A stretch of 64,000 bases of DNA from Eledone cirrhosa (lineage: Eukaryota). Made by a program: the position numbers and the translations under genes. Location: positions 27,652,001 to 27,716,000 of the forward strand of contig OZ024752.1 of assembly GCA_964016885.1 (NCBI GenBank), read 5' to 3'. Positions 57,101 to 64,000 of this stretch are shown here, piece after piece (position 1 is the first letter of the stretch; every line of letters starts with the position of its first letter). The notes below the pieces were generated by a model. That model worked only from the letters and a program-made list of their open reading frames with translations, was not told the origin of the DNA and made no database searches.

Positions 57101-60100
57101 CGAACTAGTACCAACTTCGGCTATCAACACACAAACTGTGGAACTAGTACAAACTTCGTCTATCAACACACAAACTGTGGAACTAGTACCAACTTCGTCT
57201 ATCAACACACAAACTGTGGAACTAGTACCAACTTCTTCTATCAACACACAAACTGTGGAACTAGTACCAACTTCGGCTATCAACACACAAACTGTGGAAC
57301 TAGTACAAACTTCGTCTATCAAGACACAAACTGTGGAACTAGTACAAACTTCGTCTATCAACACACAAACTGTGGAACTAGTACCAACTTCGTCTATCAA
57401 CACACAAACTGTGGAACAAGTACAAACTTCGTCTATCAACACACACACTGTGGAACTAGTACCAACTTCGTCTATCAACACACATACTGTGGAACTAGTA
57501 CAAACTTCGTCTATCAACACACAAACTGTGGAACTAGTACCAACTTCGTCTATCAACACACAAACTGTGGAACTAGTACCAACTTCGTCTATAAACACAC
57601 AAACTGTGGAACTAGTACCAACTTCGGCTATCAACACACAAACTGTGGAACTAGTACCAACTACGGCTATCAACACACACACTGTGGAACTAGTACCAAC
57701 TTTGTCTATCAACACACAAACTGTGGAACTAGTACCAACTTCGGTTATCAACACACAATGTGTGGAACTAGTACCAACTTCGGCTATCAACACACAAACT
57801 GTGGAACTAGTACCAACTTCGGTTATCAACACACAATTTGTGGAACTAGTACCAACTTCGGCTATCAACACACAAACTGTGGAACTAGTACCAACTTCGG
57901 CTATCAACACACAAACTGTGGAACTAGTACCAACTGCGGCTATCAACACACAATCTGTGGAACTAATACCAACTTCGGCTATCAACACACAAACTGTGGA
58001 ACTAGTACCAACTTCGGCTATCAACACACAAACTGTGGAACTAGTACCAACTTCGGCTATCAACACACAAACTGTGGAACTAGTACCAACTTCGTCTATC
58101 AACACACAAACTGTGGAACTATTACCAACTTCGGTTATCAACACAATCTGTCGAACTAGTACCAACTTCGGTTATCAACACAATCTGTCGAACTAGTACC
58201 AACTACGGCTATCAACACACACACTGTGGAAATAGTACAAACTTCGTCTATCAACACACAAACTGTGGAATTAGTACCAAATTCGTCTATCAACACACAA
58301 ACTGTGGAACTAGTACCAACTTCTTCTATCAACACACAAACTGTGGAACTAGTACCAACTTCGGCTATCAACACACAAACTGTGGAACTAGTACAAACTT
58401 CGTCTATCAAGACACAAACTGTGGAACTAGTACAAACTTCGTCTATCAACACACAAACTGTGGAACTAGTACCAACTTCGTCTATCAACACACAAACTGT
58501 GGAACTAGTACTAACTTCGTCTATCAACACACAAACTGTGGATCTAGTACAAACTTCGTCTATCAACACACACACTGTGGAACTAGTACCAACTTCGTCT
58601 ATCAACACACATACTGTGGAAGTAGTACAAACTTCGTCTATCAACACACACACTGTGGAACTAGTACCAACTTCGTCTATCAACACACATACTGTGGAAG
58701 TAGTACAAACTTCGTCTATCAACACACAAACTGTGGAACTAATACCAACTTCGTCTATCAACACACAAACTGTGGAACTAGTACCAACTTCGTCTATAAA
58801 CACACAAACTGTGGAACTAGTACCAACTTCGTCTATCAACACACAAACTGTGGAACTAGTACCAACTTCGTCTATCAACACACAATCTGTGGAACTAGTA
58901 CAAACTTCGTCTCTCAACACACAAACTGTGGAACTAGTACCAACTTCGGCTATCAACACACAAACTGTGGAACTAGTACCAACTACGGCTATCAACACAC
59001 AAACTGTGGAACTAGTACCAACTTTGTCTATCAACACACAAACTGTGGAACTAGTACCAACTTCGGTTATCAACACACAATGTGTGGAACTAGTACCAAC
59101 TTCGGCTATCAACACACAAACTGTGGAACTAGTACCAACTTCGGTTATCAACACACAATTTGTGGAACTAGTACCAACTTCGGCTATCAACACACAAACT
59201 TTGGAACTAGTACCACTTCGTCTATCAACACACAAACTGTCGAACTAGTTCCAACTTCGGCTATCAACACACAAACTGTGGAACTAGTACCAACTTCGGC
59301 TATCAACACACAAACTGTGGAACTAGTACAAACTTCGGCTATCAACACACAAACTGTGGAACTAGTACCAACTACGGCTATCAACACACAAACTGTGGAA
59401 CTAGTTCCAACTTCGGCTATCAACACACAAACTGTGGAACTAGTACCAACTTCGGCTATCAACACACAAACTGTGGAACTAGTACCAACTTCGGCTATCA
59501 ACACACCAACTGTAGAACTAGTAGCAACTTAGACTATCAACACACAAACTGTGGAACTAGTACAAACTTCGGCTATAGACACACAATCTGTGGAACTAGT
59601 ACAAACTTCGGCTATCAACACACAATCTGTGGAACTAATACCAATTTCGGCTATCAACACACAAACTGTGGAACTAGTACCAACTTCGGCTATCAACACA
59701 CAAACTGTGGAACTAGTACCAACTTCGGCTATCAACACACAAACTGTGGAACTAGTACCAACTGCGGCTATCAACACACAAACTGTGGAACTAGTACCAA
59801 CTGCGGCTATCAACACACAATCTGTGGAACTAGTACCAACTTCGGCTATCAACACACAAACTGTGGAACTAGTACCAACTTCGGCTATCAACACACAAAC
59901 TGTGGAACTAGTACCAACTTCGGCTATCTACACACAAACTGTGGAACTAGTACCAACTTCGGCTATCAACACACAAACTGTGGAACTAGTACCAACTTCG
60001 TCTATCAACACACAAACTGTGGAACTAGTACAAACTTCGTCTATCAACACACAAACTGTGGAACTAGTACCAACTTCGTCTATCAACACACAAACTGTGG

Positions 60101-60960
60101 AACTAGTACCAACTTCGGTTATCAACACAATCTGTCGAACTAGTACCAACTTCGGCTATCAACACACAAACTGTGGAACTAGTACAAACTTCGTCTATCA
60201 ACACACAAACTGTGGAACTAGTACCAACTTCGTCTATCAACACACAAACTGTGGAACTAGTACCAACTTCTTCTATCAACACACAAACTGTGGAACTAGT
60301 ACCAACTTCGGCTATCAACACACAAACTGTGGAACTAGTACAAACTTCGTCTATCAAGACACAAACTGTGGAACTAGTACAAACTTCGTCTATCAACACA
60401 CAAACTGTGGAACTAGTACCAACTTCGTCTATCAACACACAAACTGTGGAACAAGTACAAACTTCGTCTATCAACACACACACTGTGGAACTAGTACCAA
60501 CTTCGTCTATCAACACACATACTGTGGAACTAGTACCAACTTCGTCTATAAACACACAAACTGTGGAACTAGTACCAACTTCGGCTATCAACACACAAAC
60601 TGTGGAACTAGTACCAACTACGGCTATCAACACACACACTGTGGAACTAGTACCAACTTTGTCTATCAACACACAAACTGTGGAACTAGTACCAACTTCG
60701 GTTATCAACACACAATGTGTGGAACTAGTACCAACTTCGGCTATCAACACACAAACTGTGGAACTAGTACCAACTTCGGTTATCAACACACAATTTGTGG
60801 AACTAGTACCAACTTCGGCTATCAACACACAAACTGCGGAACTAGTACCAACTTCGTCAATCAACACACAAACTGTGGAACTAGTTCCAACTTCGGCTAT
60901 CAACACACAAACTGTGGAACTAGTAGCAACTTCGGCTATCAACACACAAACTGTGGAACT
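48140..60960. repeat. Higher-order duplication, offset 8,604 then 8,838 bp (6 extra monomers in the second copy): ~48.1-52.1 kb repeated at ~56.8-61.0 kb
   Basis: ORF pairs 48464/57068 and 49552/58156 (8604); 50242/59080, 50349/59187, 50691/59529, 50713/59551 and 51265/60103 (8838). Shared private markers: doubled 37-bp monomer, GTCTCTC, ACTTTGG..ACCACTT, CACCAACTGTAG, TATAGAC and GTCAATC. Confidence 0.9.
52150..57980. repeat. Tandem higher-order duplication, period ~3.0 kb (2,999-3,077 bp), with an earlier related copy near 46.6-49.4 kb
   Basis: ORF pairs 53018/56017, 53088/56087 and 53991/57068; private marker GGACCTAG at ~47446, ~53129 and ~56128. Confidence 0.8.
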
Positions 60961-63900
60961 AGTACAAACTTCGGCTATCAACACACAAACTGTGGAACTA
61001 GTACCAACTACGGCTATCAACACACAAACTGTGGAACTAGTACCAACTTCGGCTATCAACACACAAACTGTGGAACTAGTACCAACTGCGGCTATTAACA
61101 CACAATCTGTGGAACTAATACCAACTTCGGCTATCAACACACAAACTGTGGAACTAGTACCAACTTCGGCTATCAACACACAAACTGTGGAACTAGTACC
61201 AACTTCGGCTATCAACACACAAACTGTGGAACTAGTACCAACTTCGTCTATCAACACACAAACTGTGGAACTAGTACCAACTTCGGTTATCAACACAATC
61301 TGTCGAACTAGTACCAACTTCGGCTATCAACACACAAACTGTGGAACTAGTACAAACTTTGTCTATCAACACACAAACTGTGGAATTAGTACCAACTTCG
61401 TCTATCAACACACAAACTGTGGAACTAGTACCAACTTCTTCTATCAACACACAAACTGTGGAACTAGTACCAACTTCGGCTATCAACACACAAACTGTGG
61501 AACTAGTACAAACTTCGTCTATCAAGACACAAACTGTGGAACTAGTACAAACTTCGTCTATCAACACACAAACTGTGGAACTAGTACCAACTTCGTCTAT
61601 CAACACACAAACTGTGGAACTAGTACAAACTTCGTCTATCAACACACACACTGTGGAACTAGTACCAACTTCGTCTATCAACACACATACTGTGGAAGTA
61701 GTACAAACTTCGTCTATCAACACACAAACTGTGGAACTAATACCAACTTCGTCTATCAACACACAAACTGTGGAACTAGTACCAACTTCGTCTATCAACA
61801 CACAAACTGTGGAACTAGTACCAACTTCGTCTATCAACACACAAACTGTGGAACTAGTACCAACTTCGTCTATCAACACACAATCTGTGGAACTAGTTCC
61901 AACTTCGGCTATCAACACACAAACTGTGGAACTAGTACCAACTACGGCTATCAACACACACACTGTGGAACTAGTACCAACTTTGTCTATCAACACACAA
62001 ACTGTGGAACTAGTACCAACTTCGGTTATCAACACACAATGTGTGGAACTAGTACCAACTTCGGCTATCAACACACAAACTGTGGAACTAGTACCAACTT
62101 CGGTTATCAACACACAATTTGTGGAACTAGTACCAACTTCGGCTATCAACACACAAACTGTGGAACTAGTACCACTTCGTCTATCAACACACAAACTGTG
62201 GAACTAGTTCCAACTTCGGCTATCAACACACAAACTGTGGAACTAGTACCAACTTCGGCTATCAACACACAAACTGTGGAACTAGTACAAACTTCGGCTA
62301 CCAACACACAAACTGTGGAACTAGTACCAACTACGGCTATCAACACACAAACTGTGGAACTAGTACCAACTTCGGCTATCAACACACAAACTGTGGAACT
62401 AGTACCAACTGCGGCTATCAACACACAATCTGTGGAACTAATACCAACTTCGGCTATCAACACACAAACTGTGGAACTAGTACCAACTTCGGCTATCAAC
62501 ACACAAACTGTGGAACTAGTACCAACTTCGGCTATCAACACACAAACTGTGGAACTAGTACCAACGGCGGCTATCAACACACAAACTGTGGAACTAGTAC
62601 CAACGGCGGCTATCAACACACAATCTGTGGAACTAGTACCAACTTCGGCTATCAACACACAAACTGTGGAACTAGTACCAACTTCGGCTATCAACACACA
62701 AACTGTGGAACTAGTACCAACTTCGGCTATCAACACACAAACTGTGGAACTAGTACCAACTTCGTCTATCAACACACAAACTGTGGAACTAGTACAAACT
62801 TCGTCTATCAACACACAAACTGTGGAACTAGTACCAACTTCGTCTATCAACACACAAACTGTGGAACTAGTACCAACTTCGGTTATCAACACAATCTGTC
62901 AAACTAGTACCAACTTCGGCTATCAACACACAAACTGTGGAACTAGTACAAACTTCGTCTATCAACACAGAAACTGTGGAACTAGTACCAACTTCGTCTA
63001 TCAACACTCAAACTGTGGAACTAGTACCAACTTCGGCTATCAACACACAAACTGTGGAACTAGTACAGACTTCGTCTATCAAGACACAAACTGTGGAACT
63101 ACTACCAACTTCGTCTATCAACACTCAAACTGTGGAACTAGTACCAACTTCGTCTATCAACACACAAACTGTGGAACTAGTACCAACTTCGTCTATCAAC
63201 ACACAATCTGTGGAACTAGTACAAACTTCGTCTATCAACACACACGCTGTGGAACTAGTACCAACTTCGTCTATCAACACACATACTGTGGAACTAGTAC
63301 CAACTTCGTCTATCAACACACATACTGTGGAACTAGTACAAACTTCGTCTATCAACACACAAACTGTGGAACTAGTACCAACTTCGTCTATCAACACACA
63401 ATCTGTGGAACTAGTACCAACTTCGTCTATCAACACACATACTGTGGAACTAGTACAAACTTCGTCTATCAACACACATACTGTGGAACTAGTACAAACT
63501 TCGTCTATCAACACACAAACTGTGGAACTAGTACCAACTTCGTCTATCAACACACAAACTGTGGAACTAGTACCAACTTCGTCTATCAACACACAAACTG
63601 TGGAACTAGTACCAACTTCGTCTATCAACACACAAACTGTGGAACTAGTACCAACTTCGTCTATAAACACACAAACTGTGGAACTAGTACCAACTTCGTC
63701 TATCAACACACAAACTGTGGAACTAGTACCAACTTCGTCTATCAACACACAATCTGTGGAACTAGTACAAACTTCGTCTCTCAACACACAAACTGTGGAA
63801 CTAGTACCAACTTCGGCTATCAACACACAAACTGTGGAACTAGTACCAACTACGGCTATCAACACACACACTGTGGAACTAGTACCAACTTTGTCTATCA

Positions 63901-64000
63901 ACACAGAAACTGTGGAACTAGTACCAACTTCGGTTATCAACACACAATGTGTGGAACTAGTACCAACTTCGGCTATCAACACACAAACTGTGGAACTAGT

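Larger units (their letters stand above)
1..64000. repeat. 39-bp tandem satellite array, ~1,640 head-to-tail monomers, extending beyond both window edges
   Basis: Every line matches consensus ACTGTGGAACTAGTACCAACTTCGGCTATCAACACACAA, typically with 0-2 substitutions. The commonest variants are TTCGGCT/TTCGTCT, GTACCAA/GTACAAA, CAAACT/CAATCT and ACTTCG/ACTACG. No inversion or non-repeat insert was seen. All ORF translations are 13-aa repeats. Confidence 0.99.

Noticed and set aside
55-63982. All ORFs in the track as real CDS (mucin/adhesin-like or Cys-rich repeat proteins)
   Set aside because: They are pure 13-aa repeats overlapping in three frames on both strands, mostly with GTG/TTG starts inside the monomer. 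There are no unique domains or signal peptides, and frameshifts and stops have been amplified with the array.
1-64000. CRISPR array (repeat size and partial palindrome are CRISPR-like)
   Set aside because: Monomers are directly adjacent with no unique spacers, no leader and no cas genes.
1-64000. Telomerase-made long telomeric repeat (GT-rich minus strand)
   Set aside because: Heritable variants copied in kb-scale blocks indicate recombinational amplification rather than templated addition, and no chromosome end is visible. A subtelomeric satellite location is not excluded.
1-64000. Trypanosomatid 39-nt spliced-leader array or other tandem RNA genes
   Set aside because: Only the length coincides. 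The sequence does not resemble the spliced leader, and there is no intron, spacer or tRNA/5S-like structure.
1-64000. Pure sequencing or rolling-circle concatemer artefact
   Set aside because: Variants are not random errors: linked multi-base haplotypes recur in conserved order and in nested duplications with regional turnover. Local mis-assembly of copy number is still possible.

Overview
The whole 64-kb window is one uninterrupted, single-orientation tandem array of a 39-bp monomer (consensus ACTGTGGAACTAGTACCAACTTCGGCTATCAACACACAA; ~1,640 copies by length; ~44% GC; plus strand ~64% A+C). I see no unique sequence, transposon, RNA gene, CRISPR spacer or credible protein-coding gene. All ORFs in the track are by-products of a 39-bp (13-codon) unit that lacks stops in 3 of 6 frames, and they are repeatedly broken by 1-2 bp indels and stops. 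The real information is in the variant monomers. These include a recurring 37-bp landmark monomer (~39 copies) that opens a conserved ordered cassette of variants, nested duplications from ~0.6 to ~19.5 kb, and regional turnover of private variants. The best interpretation is a eukaryote-type satellite DNA array with a degenerate, variable-length higher-order structure. The organism and location (centromeric, subtelomeric or other) cannot be determined from this window, and I found no supportable novel gene system. Counts and offsets were read by eye or from ORF-track coordinates; duplication boundaries are approximate.
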